Shown here: positions 26,801-34,346 of the stretch, piece by piece
How the letters are laid out: each line of letters begins with the position of its first letter
Position numbering within the stretch: position 1 is the stretch's first letter
Assembly: GCA_049967655.1 (NCBI GenBank)
Contig: JBMFSH010000030.1
Coordinates: forward strand, 1-34,346
DNA: 34,346 nt
Source: Acidobacteriota bacterium
Lineage (GTDB): Bacteria > Acidobacteriota > UBA4820 > DSQY01
Direction: 5' to 3'
Program-made: the position numbers and the translations under genes
Notes under the pieces: model-generated
Database searches by the model: none
Seen by the model: the letters and a program-made list of their open reading frames with translations, nothing else
Told to the model about the DNA's origin: nothing

Positions 26801-27166
26801 CAGTTGGGCCACGCGTTCAAAGGCGAGCCTGGCCTCCCGGGCGAACCCCTGCTGCTCCGAGAGGCTGGCCAGCATTTCCCAGGCCTCCAGGTGGTCGGGC
26901 TGCTCGCGAGTGGCGATCTTCAGGGAGGCCACGGCCTTGGTCGCGAATCCGCTCTTGTTGTACAGCTCTGCCACGCGCAGAAACATGGGCACCGCCGCCG
27001 CCTTGTTCCCCATGCGGAGATAGAGGTTGCCCATCTGGTTCAGCGTCTGGATATCCCTCGGGTTGTCCTCGGCCAGCTTCTGAAGCTCTCGGATGGCGTC
27101 TTGAACACGGTTGGCCCTCAGGAGCTTATCCGCGTTGGCCCTGGTCTTGGCCCGATCCAAAGGCAT
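23807..27166 (-). CDS. Large TPR protein: N-terminal TPR array, acidic Pro/Glu-rich linker, C-terminal TPRs
   Basis: 1119 aa with many TPR-like units; central EAEVFLKYGL and EAEFYYSQ helices; C-terminal DSATHYNLGIAYKEMELLDEAIGEF. Start overlaps the rnhB stop. Confidence 0.88.
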   Translation of the reverse strand: MPLDRAKTRANADKLLRANRVQDAIRELQKLAEDNPRDIQTLNQMGNLYLRMGNKAAAVPMFLRVAELYNKSGFATKAVASLKIATREQPDHLEAWEMLASLSEQQGFAREARLAFERVAQLVAQSGNAEATVRVQKKILEIEPENLKVRIQVGDNLLKLDRTEEAVKEYLKAANLFLAQGLAKEAARLYERALQINPDNIRLLESFVKNLLARQQGDQALQILEQLLERHPTSEGFLLLKAEVLTERQDYPAAEAVCDAILRNHPGSVAARGRLVRLYGLQKRPDAASDLLSEWGRTCEPERLPDVEALYEELLRYLPGHLPTMMGFCDLLRRSGNQPRLLRALDSYVQAAHQAGELGSAREALLELVRLEPDSPVHRERLKIVETKLGRHAPTPGEARPLQAPAPVQGPPEAEANARAMNAAPPKQPEPEEVAPAPEETGELEIEIDMEDLQIPKAEVTASFARPADLPEAPAPSPPAEGEPIELEVEEPARVEKVSPKPALDAREAEIIREQLTEAEVFLKYGLTEKAIAELQSVLKKLPDHIHAHQKLIAIYKSKKHTAKAVRQILKLAQVFQGQGDGETYENLVEEARALDPNSEEIQRFLEGVPAPPAEVAGAGALTGPIEEAARPKAAKAKAVPASFPELDLELLGTVEEPSREQAEVVISLDQPAPPAGQGAPEIILEAELEESSPVETEGPFAGATEAEEPVLDGKDQPVLEEAIPGEPAQEPLEEEPTGAFLQEETPAPAVESMAVQISAEELQDRSDLAELLEEAEFYYSQELFGEAQRALEGLRARWPHDPRVLSLADRLGVSAPAEPAESEGAPEGLPSEGVLSIEAGGLEELELEAEPAAPEDTAEPEVSPEPKAEEPMASLAAEEASLSSEMSKILSTVGAAEEEGRLHPAQEPSAGGRGRTKLKVSLQELLPEEVIAQEKESFAADGPKKDEYYDLASELSEALEGLEAEEESLFDESSKSPEEMSFEEVFEEFKKGVERKVSEEDSATHYNLGIAYKEMELLDEAIGEFQIAARSPQYFVECCSMLGICFRQKGMVDLAEKWYRKGIEAPGFSDQAYIGLKYDLAETLQEQGRLPEAQELFREVYAVNANYRDIKDRVKPIP

Positions 27167-27798
27167 CAGGCATCCCCCGAAACGACGCCCCGAAAACTCC
27201 TGCGGTGGAGCGGGGACGGGCCGAGGCTTCGCAACGCCCCCAGGTGTTCCACCGTGCCATACCCCTTGTTGCGGCGCAACCCGTAGCCAGGGTAGCGAGC
27301 ATCGAGTGCTCGAATGAACCTGTCCCGGGTCACTTTGGCAACAATCGAGGCCGCCGCCACGCTGGCCGAAAGCGCATCGCCGTGGATCACCGCTTCACCA
27401 CCACAGGGTAAAACAGGAAGGTGGGGGCCGTCTACCAGCACGTGCTGGGGCCTCAACGGAAGCCCCTCCAAGGCGAGGGACATGGCCCGCAGAGCGGCTC
27501 TCAGGATGTCGGTGGCATCTATCTCTTCGGCTGACACTGTTCCCACCGCGTAGAGGTGGCCGTCGGCCTTCAGCTGTTCGAAAACCGACTCGCGGCGGGG
27601 CTCGGAGAGCTGCTTGGAGTCCACATAAGGCGAGAGGTCCCGCTCGGCGTCCAGGATCACGGCCGCGGCCACCACCGGGCCGAAAAGGGCTCCCCGGCCG
27701 GCCTCATCGACGCCCGCCACGCGGGCGATCCCGCGGGCCCACAGGACCCTCTCGAACCCGAGCAGGTCGGCCAATGACGCCTCCCCGGAACGGTTCAA
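27166..27798 (-). CDS. rnhB: Ribonuclease HII
   Basis: [42 protein letters not shown] and HRRSF motifs. Confidence 0.95.
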   Translation of the reverse strand: MNRSGEASLADLLGFERVLWARGIARVAGVDEAGRGALFGPVVAAAVILDAERDLSPYVDSKQLSEPRRESVFEQLKADGHLYAVGTVSAEEIDATDILRAALRAMSLALEGLPLRPQHVLVDGPHLPVLPCGGEAVIHGDALSASVAAASIVAKVTRDRFIRALDARYPGYGLRRNKGYGTVEHLGALRSLGPSPLHRRSFRGVVSGDA

Positions 27799-28145
27799 TC
27801 CCTTCGGAGCTCTTCGATGCGGGCCTTCTTCCCCTTCAGCTCGCGCAGGTAGTAGAGCTTGGCGCGGCGGATCTTGCCTTCGGACACCACCTCGATCTTG
27901 TCGATGATGGGGCTGTGGAGGGGAAAGATGCGTTCCACGCCCATCCCGCCGCTGATCTTCCGGACGGTAACCGTCTCCCGAAGGCCACCGTGCTTGCGGG
28001 CGATCACCACTCCCTGAAAGACCTGCAGCCGCTCCTTTTCGCCCTCGCGCACCTTGACGTGCACGCGGACCGTATCCCCCGCCTTGAAGACGGGGACGTC
28101 TTCGCGCTGCCCCTGTTTCTCGATCGCCTTGATGTGCTCACTCAT
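27795..28145 (-). CDS. rplS: 50S ribosomal protein L19
   Basis: [43 protein letters not shown] and RRAKLYYLR motifs; start at MSEH. Confidence 0.97.
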   Translation of the reverse strand: MSEHIKAIEKQGQREDVPVFKAGDTVRVHVKVREGEKERLQVFQGVVIARKHGGLRETVTVRKISGGMGVERIFPLHSPIIDKIEVVSEGKIRRAKLYYLRELKGKKARIEELRRD

Positions 28146-28842
28146 GAGAAGCCTCCATCCTAACCTGAGCCCCGAACAGGTCGGGGCGTTTCGACTGCGT
28201 CTCCCTCCGGGCCGACTCTCGGCGCCAGCGCCGGATGACCTCGTGGTTGCCGGACAGGAGAACCTCCGGCACCCTCCAACCCCTGTACTCGGCGGGACGG
28301 GTGTACTGCGGGTACTCCAGAAAACCTTCGCTGAATGACTCCTCCTGGGTGGAGGCCTCGTCTCCCAAGGCACCCGGCAGCAGGCGGACCACCGCATCCA
28401 GCAGGATCATGGCCGCGGGTTCGCCTCCCGAGAGGACGTAGTCCCCCACCGAGACCTCCCTCTGCACCAGGTGGTCCACGACCCGCTGGTCCACCCCCTC
28501 GTACCGGCCGCAGAGGAGCATCAGCGACGGCATGAGAGCCAGCTCCCCGGCCAGGCGCTGGGTCAGCACCTCGCCCTTGGGGCTCAGGTAGATCAGCGGC
28601 GACCCGGGCACCTCCTGCCGCACATGCTCCACGCACCGGAAGATGGGGTCGGCCATGAGGACCATGCCCGGGCCACCTCCGAAGGGAGCGTCGTCCACCG
28701 TGTGGTGCCGGTCCTGCGCGAAGCGCCGGAAGTTGTGAAGGCGCACGTCGGCCACGCCCGACTCCAGGGCCCGCTTGACGATGGACTGGCCCAGGATGCC
28801 CGAGAACATGTCGGGAAAAAGGGTCAGGACGTCAATCCTCAT
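28138..28842 (-). CDS. trmD: tRNA (guanine-N1)-methyltransferase
   Basis: [50 protein letters not shown] and [10 protein letters not shown] motifs. Confidence 0.97.
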   Translation of the reverse strand: MRIDVLTLFPDMFSGILGQSIVKRALESGVADVRLHNFRRFAQDRHHTVDDAPFGGGPGMVLMADPIFRCVEHVRQEVPGSPLIYLSPKGEVLTQRLAGELALMPSLMLLCGRYEGVDQRVVDHLVQREVSVGDYVLSGGEPAAMILLDAVVRLLPGALGDEASTQEESFSEGFLEYPQYTRPAEYRGWRVPEVLLSGNHEVIRRWRRESARRETQSKRPDLFGAQVRMEASHE

Positions 28843-29359
28843 CGTCTTCTCCCGGCAACCCAGGATACCCCTCGGGCAGGTCCACCCGAACCCTGCGGAG
28901 ATCCTTTTCGAGCCCCACGCCCAGACCCTTGACGGCCGGTATTTCCACCTCTCCGGCGGGGGTCTCCAAAAGGAAGGACCAGTAGACCGGCCCCTCCACC
29001 GCCGCTGCGACGGTCCCGATGACCCCCCTCGTTCGGTCCACCACCTCGAAGCCGACGATGGCATCCGCATCGAAGGTCTCCTCGGCGTCGGGAGGCACCG
29101 CCTCGGCCGGAAGGCACAACTCCTTGCCGCACAGCCCCTCGGCCTTCTCCAGAGCGTCCACTCCCACGAGGGCCAGGACCTCCCCCTTGGCGTATTCAAA
29201 AAACTCGCCGACGGTAAAGGTCTCCGGGCCCGACGGCATGGCGATCCAGACGGCGCTGCCGCGGTCGAAAGGCGGGAAACCTCGCCTGTAGCGGGTCACC
29301 CAAACCTGTCCGCGGAACCCTCTGGGCTTCACGATCCGGGCCACGGGGGTGAGGGCCAT
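28832..29359 (-). CDS. rimM: 16S rRNA processing protein RimM
   Basis: [23 protein letters not shown] and [12 protein letters not shown] motifs; conserved position between rpsP and trmD. Confidence 0.88.
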   Translation of the reverse strand: MALTPVARIVKPRGFRGQVWVTRYRRGFPPFDRGSAVWIAMPSGPETFTVGEFFEYAKGEVLALVGVDALEKAEGLCGKELCLPAEAVPPDAEETFDADAIVGFEVVDRTRGVIGTVAAAVEGPVYWSFLLETPAGEVEIPAVKGLGVGLEKDLRRVRVDLPEGYPGLPGEDDED

Positions 29360-29430
29360 GGGACCAGTTGACCTCGGTCCGCGCCGCTGGCCCGCGAGGG
29401 CGCCACGGTACGGGGCACCGCGCTGGCCGA

Positions 29431-29679
29431 TCAGGCCTGCGCGCTCTGCCTGGAAATGGCGATGAGCTTGGTCACGCTGGCCGAGGGCTTGGCGCCACGG
29501 CTCAGCCAGTAGTCCACCCGCTCCAGGTTCACCTTGACCTCGGAAGGGTTCGGCAGGGGGTCGTACACTCCGACCTCATCCACGTTCTGGCCGCCCGGAC
29601 GGTTCCTGCTGTCGGAAACGACGAGGCGGTAATAGGGCCGATGCTTCCTTCCGATCCTCTTGAGACGTATGGCCAGCAA
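29431..29679 (-). CDS. rpsP: 30S ribosomal protein S16
   Basis: AIRLKRIGRKHRPYYRLVVSDSR, VGVYDP and YWLSRGAKPS motifs; TTG start after AAGGAGGT. Confidence 0.96.
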   Translation of the reverse strand: MLAIRLKRIGRKHRPYYRLVVSDSRNRPGGQNVDEVGVYDPLPNPSEVKVNLERVDYWLSRGAKPSASVTKLIAISRQSAQA

Positions 29680-29718
29680 TGCAACCTCCTTGCTGCTCGC
29701 AACACGGAGCAAATATAT

Positions 29719-29748
29719 ATATTACAGGGTATAAGCCCAACCTGTCAA
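29719..29748 (-). promoter_or_regulatory. Sigma70 promoter for the rpsP operon
   Basis: TTGACA-18 bp-TAATAT on the - strand in an AT-rich patch. Confidence 0.65.
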
Positions 29749-29796
29749 CCTCTATTTCCGGCCACCCCTTCGCTCGAGCAACCGGGCGGCGGATAT

Positions 29797-29825
29797 GAAG
29801 AGAGGAGCGGGCGATCCCGCTCCTC
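29797..29825 (-). terminator. Probable terminator after fusA
   Basis: GAGGAGCGGG-cgat-CCCGCTCCTC 10-bp stem followed by TCTTC on the - strand. Confidence 0.6.
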
Positions 29826-29858
29826 CCGGGTCATCCTGCCGTCCTGACCGCGAAAGCC

Positions 29859-31952
29859 CTATTCCTGCTCCGCCTCCTTGGCCTGCTTGGCCTCCTCCAC
29901 GATCTTCTGCTGGATCTGGGCGGGGACCTCCTCGTAGGCGGCGAACTCCATGCTGAAGGTCCCCCGTCCAGCGGTCAGCGATTTCAGCGTGGAGGCGTAG
30001 GTGAGCATCTCCGCGAGGGGCACCTGGGCCTTGATGATCTGGTTGGCGCCCTTCTGGGACATCCCCTGAATGCGGCCCCGGCGGCTGTTGAGGTCCCCCA
30101 TGACGTCGCCCATGTTCTCCTCGGGAACCACCACCTCCACGAGCATCACCGGCTCCAGGAGCGTGGGTTTGCACTTCTCCATGGCCTCCTTGAATCCCAT
30201 GTGGGCCGCTATCTTGAAGGCCATCTCGGAGGAGTCCACGGGGTGGAAGCCGCCGTCGAAGAGGGTGATCCGCAGGTCCACCACGGGGTAGTGCGCCAGG
30301 ACGCCGCGTTCGAGGGATTCGAGCATCCCCTTCTCCACCGCCGGGATGAAGTTCCGCGGCACGGCCCCGCCGAAGATCTCGTCCTTGAACTCGAAACCGG
30401 CGCCGCGGGGCAACGGCTCCATCCTGATCTGGATGTCGGCGAACTGCCCGTGGCCGCCCGTCTGCTTCTTGTGCCGGGCGTGGACCTCGGCGCGTCCCTT
30501 GATGGTCTCGCGATAGGGCACCTTGGGCTGTTTGATGTTCATCTCGACGCCATAGCGGCGCTGCACGCGCGCGGCGACCACCTCCACGTGCTGGCTGCCC
30601 GACCCGGACACCAGCGTCTCGTGGGTCTGTGGGTCCCGGCTGACGGTGAGGTTGGGGTCCTCGTCCACCATGCGTTGGAGGGCCGCCATGATCTTGTCTT
30701 CATCCCCGCGAGACTTGGGTTCCACGGCAAAGGAGATGGCGGGGATGGGGTACTTGACGGGCGGGAAGACCAGCATGCGCTCCTTGGCGCAGAGGGTGTT
30801 GCCGGTGACCGTCTCCTTGAGCTTCATGACGGCCGCGATATCGCCCGCCTGCGCTTCCTCGCATTTCACGTGGTCCTTTCCCCTGAGGTGGAAGAGGCCC
30901 GCCATGCGTTCCGGTGCGTCCTTGGAGGGGTTGATCAGGGTGGCGTCGGCGGTGACCCGGCCCGAGACCACCCGGAAGATGGTGATGCGGCCCTGGGCGG
31001 GATCGGAGATGGTCTTGAAGACGAAGGCACTGGCGGGAGCGTCCACGTCGGCCGGCACCTCGAACTCTTCGCCGCCGCCCACGGGCGTGGCCCGGAAAGA
31101 GCTACGCGCGTTGGCCGGGGGGGCGAACTCCACGAGGAAGCTCATGATATCCGCCACTCCCATGTTGCGGAGGGCGGAGGCGCAGAGAACAGGGAAGATC
31201 TTGTCCTGGGAGATGCCGATCTTGAGGGCGGCGGCGAGCTCCTCGGGAGTCAGGTCGCCCGCCTCGAAGTACTTCTCCATCAGCTTCTCGTCGAGCTCGG
31301 CCACCATCTCGACGAGCTCGGCACGGGCCTTGGCCACCTCTTCGGCCATGGAGACCGGGACCTCCTCCTCGGTGTAGCTTCCGGACTCGTCCTGGGCGTA
31401 CCGATGGGCCTTGCCCTTGACCAGGTCGACCACGCCGGCGAACTCCTTCTCCTGCCCCAGCGGGAGGAACACGGGCACGGCCAAGCGCCCGAAGTTCTCG
31501 CGGATGCTCGCCAGGCTGCGGTCGAAAGAGGCATTTTCCCGGTCCATCTTGTTGATCACCAGGATGCGGGGGACATTAAACTCGTCGGCGTACTCCCACG
31601 CCTTGCCCGTCATCACCTCCACACCCGATACCGCGCTCACGAAGATGAGGGCCGAGTCCGAAACCCGGATGGGGCCCCTGGAATCGGCGATGAAGCTGCC
31701 GTAACCAGGGGTGTCCAGAATGTTGATCTTGGCCTTCTGCCACTCCACGAAGGCGAGGCTCGAGGAGATGGACAACTTCCGCTGGATTTCGTCCTCTTCA
31801 TAATCGGTGGGAGCGGTCCCCTCCTCCACTTTACCGAAGCGGTTCACCGCCTTCGCCGTGTAGAGCATGGCCGAGGCGAAGCTGGTCTTCCCCGTCCCCC
31901 CGTGGCCGATGAGAGCAACATTGCGGATGTCCTGCGGTCCGTAGGCCTTCAT
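29859..31952 (-). CDS. fusA: Elongation factor G, EF-G2-type paralogue
   Basis: GHGGTGKTS, RKLSI (canonical RGITI), DTPGY (canonical DTPGH), NKMD, KKQTGGHGQF, HPVDSSEMAF and LLEP motifs. Outside the rpsL-rpsG-fusA-tuf operon; start at MKAY. Confidence 0.92.
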   Translation of the reverse strand: MKAYGPQDIRNVALIGHGGTGKTSFASAMLYTAKAVNRFGKVEEGTAPTDYEEDEIQRKLSISSSLAFVEWQKAKINILDTPGYGSFIADSRGPIRVSDSALIFVSAVSGVEVMTGKAWEYADEFNVPRILVINKMDRENASFDRSLASIRENFGRLAVPVFLPLGQEKEFAGVVDLVKGKAHRYAQDESGSYTEEEVPVSMAEEVAKARAELVEMVAELDEKLMEKYFEAGDLTPEELAAALKIGISQDKIFPVLCASALRNMGVADIMSFLVEFAPPANARSSFRATPVGGGEEFEVPADVDAPASAFVFKTISDPAQGRITIFRVVSGRVTADATLINPSKDAPERMAGLFHLRGKDHVKCEEAQAGDIAAVMKLKETVTGNTLCAKERMLVFPPVKYPIPAISFAVEPKSRGDEDKIMAALQRMVDEDPNLTVSRDPQTHETLVSGSGSQHVEVVAARVQRRYGVEMNIKQPKVPYRETIKGRAEVHARHKKQTGGHGQFADIQIRMEPLPRGAGFEFKDEIFGGAVPRNFIPAVEKGMLESLERGVLAHYPVVDLRITLFDGGFHPVDSSEMAFKIAAHMGFKEAMEKCKPTLLEPVMLVEVVVPEENMGDVMGDLNSRRGRIQGMSQKGANQIIKAQVPLAEMLTYASTLKSLTAGRGTFSMEFAAYEEVPAQIQQKIVEEAKQAKEAEQE

Positions 31953-32007
31953 AACCCCTCCTTCGTTGCGCCAAGATCCGGAGCGTTGTGCAGAAGTCGC
32001 AGCGGGT

Positions 32008-32036
32008 ATTCTATAAAGTTCCCGGAGGTGCGTCAA
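32008..32036 (-). promoter_or_regulatory. Sigma70 promoter for the fusA paralogue
   Basis: TTGACG-17 bp-TAGAAT on the - strand. Confidence 0.68.
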
Positions 32037-32163
32037 GAAACAGATCGGTCGGGGGTTCGGGGGTCCAAGGCCTGCCCGGCGCAGCTCTCGCGGCCTGCCG
32101 GACTCGGCCGTCGGAGCGGCCGCCCCGGGGGCGGACACCGGCCGTGGGGTAAATCCCCCGGCC

Positions 32164-32943
32164 TCAGCCCTCCTGCTTCTGGATCTCCTCCTCGACCTGG
32201 TAGAAGACCCTGTAGGCCCGCTCGTGGTCGCGGATCCCCTGCGCCAGGATCTTGTCGAGGCGGCGGACGTCCTTCTTGCTGACCGTCAGGTTGGCCCCCA
32301 GGATGAAGGCCGAGCTCGTGTCCATGGTGGAGAGGTCCGCCGAGACGAAGGCCACGAACATCTTGCGGCGCGCGTCCGGGGCCAGGGCGTTGATGGCCTG
32401 GAGGATCTGGTAGCCCCCTTCGTTGTCGTCCGGGAAGCGGTTGTCCACTGTGACCACGTCGTAGCGCTGGTGGGCCAGGGCAGAGAGGGCGGCGGCCTTG
32501 GACGTGGCCAGCTCCACCTTGAGCCCCAGCTGCTGCAGCGACTCCGAGATGGCTACCTGAAACAGCGCCTCATCCTCGCAAACCAGGGCGGTTCTCTCGC
32601 GCTCCTCCTCGTCCCCCCAACCCTCGCCGTTCAGGGAGGCCTTCGCGGGGGTGAGCCCGAGCTGGCGGAGCACCTCGGCGGCGACCTCACGCTTCAGCCT
32701 CTCCCACTGCGGGCTTCCTGGGGCGATCTCCGGATGATTCGGCTGGGCCGGGCCCTCCGTCGATGCTCCGGCGGGGGGTTCCGAAGGGAGCGGCGGCGGG
32801 GCAGCGGCCTGCGCGCCGTGGGGCGGCGGTCCGACGGGGATTCCCGATCCGCAGGCGGGGCACTTCACGAGCACCGGCTTGGGCGGCAGCTTCGACTCGT
32901 CGACCGACAGGACCTTCTTGCAGGCTGGGCAGGCGATCTGCAT
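32164..32943 (-). CDS. Zinc-ribbon (MJ0042-like) plus receiver domain protein
   Basis: CPAC-x19-CPAC N-terminus, Pro-rich linker, receiver domain LVCEDE..VTVDNRFP..FVSAD..GANLTVSK. Confidence 0.82.
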   Translation of the reverse strand: MQIACPACKKVLSVDESKLPPKPVLVKCPACGSGIPVGPPPHGAQAAAPPPLPSEPPAGASTEGPAQPNHPEIAPGSPQWERLKREVAAEVLRQLGLTPAKASLNGEGWGDEEERERTALVCEDEALFQVAISESLQQLGLKVELATSKAAALSALAHQRYDVVTVDNRFPDDNEGGYQILQAINALAPDARRKMFVAFVSADLSTMDTSSAFILGANLTVSKKDVRRLDKILAQGIRDHERAYRVFYQVEEEIQKQEG

Positions 32944-32946
32944 GAG

Positions 32947-34188
32947 CTACTCCATGAGGTCCTTGATGTCCACCCCGAGATCGGGCCCGAGCGGTGGCGC
33001 GGCCGCCGGCTTGGCCGCTGGGGCTCCCTTCTGCGGAGCCTCCGCTCCAAGCGCGCCGGCGGCCGGATGCCTCGTTTCGGTTCCGGCGGCGGCGATTCCC
33101 GACATCTTGAGGGCCAGGTTCGGCGCGTTGGTCGCGAAGGAGATGGCCGTCTCCCGGCTGACCACGCCCTCCCGCCACAGCCGCTCCAGCTCCTGGTCGA
33201 AGGTCTGCATGCCGTCGAGCGCGCCGTCGTTCATGGCGTCCAGGAGGCTCTTGCCCTCCATCTCGGACTCGCCGTGCTGGATGTAGTCCCTCGTGCGCTC
33301 GCTCGTGCGCAGAACCTCGCAGACGGCCAGGCGCCCCGACCCGTCGGCCTTTGGCACAAGCCTCTGGCTGACGATCCACTTGAAGGTCTGCGAAAAGCGC
33401 GTTCGGATCTGCTGCTCCTCGTTCTTGGGGAAGATGCCGATGATCCTATCCACGGTCTTGCTCGCGTCGATGGTGTGCAGAGTGGAGAGCACGAGGTGGC
33501 CGGTCTCGGCCGCCTCCAGCGCGATCTCCGTGGTCTCCAGGTCGCGCATCTCGCCCACGAGGATCACCTTGGGGGCCTGGCGCAGGGCCGCTCGAAGGGC
33601 CAGCGCGAAGGAGGGCACGTCGGCGCCCAGCTCGCGCTGGTTGATGGTGGCGCGCTTGTGGCGGTGCAGGTACTCGATGGGGTCCTCGATGGTGACGATG
33701 TGGTAGGCCTTCTCCATGTTGATCCGGTTGATGATCGCCGCGAGGGTCGTGGACTTGCCGCTGCCCGTGGGGCCCGTCAGCAGGACGATGCCGTTGCGCT
33801 CCTCGGCCACCTGGTTGAGCTGGGCCGGGAGGCCCAGCTCCTCGATGGTGGGGACGCCGTTGGGGATGACCCGGAGCACGATACTATAGGTGCCCCGCTG
33901 CGAGAAGATGTTCACGCGGAAGCGAGTCTTGCCCGGGATGGAGTGCGAGAGGTCGGCCGAGCCCTGCTTGAGAAGCTTCCGGATGAGGTGGCGGTCCCCG
34001 CGCAGGAGCTGGAGGGCTATCTGTTCGGTCTGGTACGACGTGAGCGCCTTCAGCCCCTTGATCGGCACCTCGCGCAGCTCGCCGTTGATCTCCACCTGCG
34101 GCGCCCGCCCCACGGAGAAGTTCAGGTCGCTCACCTGGGGCGACACCGCCAGCATGAACTCCAGCAGCGGATTGATCTGATCGAACAC
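32947..34188 (-). CDS. PilT/PilU-family type IV pilus ATPase
   Basis: VSDLNF, RFRVNIF, GPTGSGKSTT, TIEDPIE, ALRQAPKVILVGEMRD, GHLVLSTLHT and GMQTFDQ motifs; GTG start after GGGGAGGAG. Confidence 0.93.
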   Translation of the reverse strand: MFDQINPLLEFMLAVSPQVSDLNFSVGRAPQVEINGELREVPIKGLKALTSYQTEQIALQLLRGDRHLIRKLLKQGSADLSHSIPGKTRFRVNIFSQRGTYSIVLRVIPNGVPTIEELGLPAQLNQVAEERNGIVLLTGPTGSGKSTTLAAIINRINMEKAYHIVTIEDPIEYLHRHKRATINQRELGADVPSFALALRAALRQAPKVILVGEMRDLETTEIALEAAETGHLVLSTLHTIDASKTVDRIIGIFPKNEEQQIRTRFSQTFKWIVSQRLVPKADGSGRLAVCEVLRTSERTRDYIQHGESEMEGKSLLDAMNDGALDGMQTFDQELERLWREGVVSRETAISFATNAPNLALKMSGIAAAGTETRHPAAGALGAEAPQKGAPAAKPAAAPPLGPDLGVDIKDLME

Positions 34189-34346
34189 CGGCTCCTCCCC
34201 ATCCCTGGGCTCAGCGGCCTGTCGTCTAGGATGCGACCTCGCGGAGCCCAATGCAAGCCCGCGAGTCGACCCCAATCCCGCGATGGAACGGGGGAAAGAG
34301 CATGGAAAGCAGGCTGGGCAAGCCATTGAAGAAGGGGCCCTTGTCA

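Noticed and set aside
4305..34329. Numerous long antisense or alternate-frame ORFs (e.g. 4305-6137, 19418-21592, 30201-32282, 32224-34329)
   Set aside because: They are shadows of well-supported genes, expected in high-GC DNA with few stop codons, and show no recognisable motifs.

Overview
GC-rich diderm bacterial chromosome segment. kdsB, an outer-membrane beta-barrel, two type IV pilus ATPases and large TPR proteins are present; an Acidobacteriota- or deltaproteobacteria-like host is inferred, not verified. Most genes are housekeeping: pilT, yceI, an MFS transporter, ade, a Nif3-like protein, kdsB, gap-pgk, a LysM protein, rnr, a dCMP deaminase-like gene, prmC, rpsP-rimM-trmD-rplS-rnhB, an EF-G2-type fusA and a pilT/pilU paralogue. 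The stand-out element is a tightly packed minus-strand operon at 15492-19140 encoding an AMP/NMP phosphorylase, a ribose-1,5-bisphosphate isomerase and an archaeal-type Form III RuBisCO with its catalytic motifs intact. This is the pentose-bisphosphate (AMP salvage) pathway best known from Archaea, DPANN and CPR, here in a bacterium that does not look like CPR. It lies directly downstream of RNase R, overlaps a receiver/J-like/TPR gene, and has adenine deaminase and a divergent gap-pgk pair nearby. No rRNA, tRNA, CRISPR array or IS element was recognised. All calls come from reading motifs; no database searches were run.
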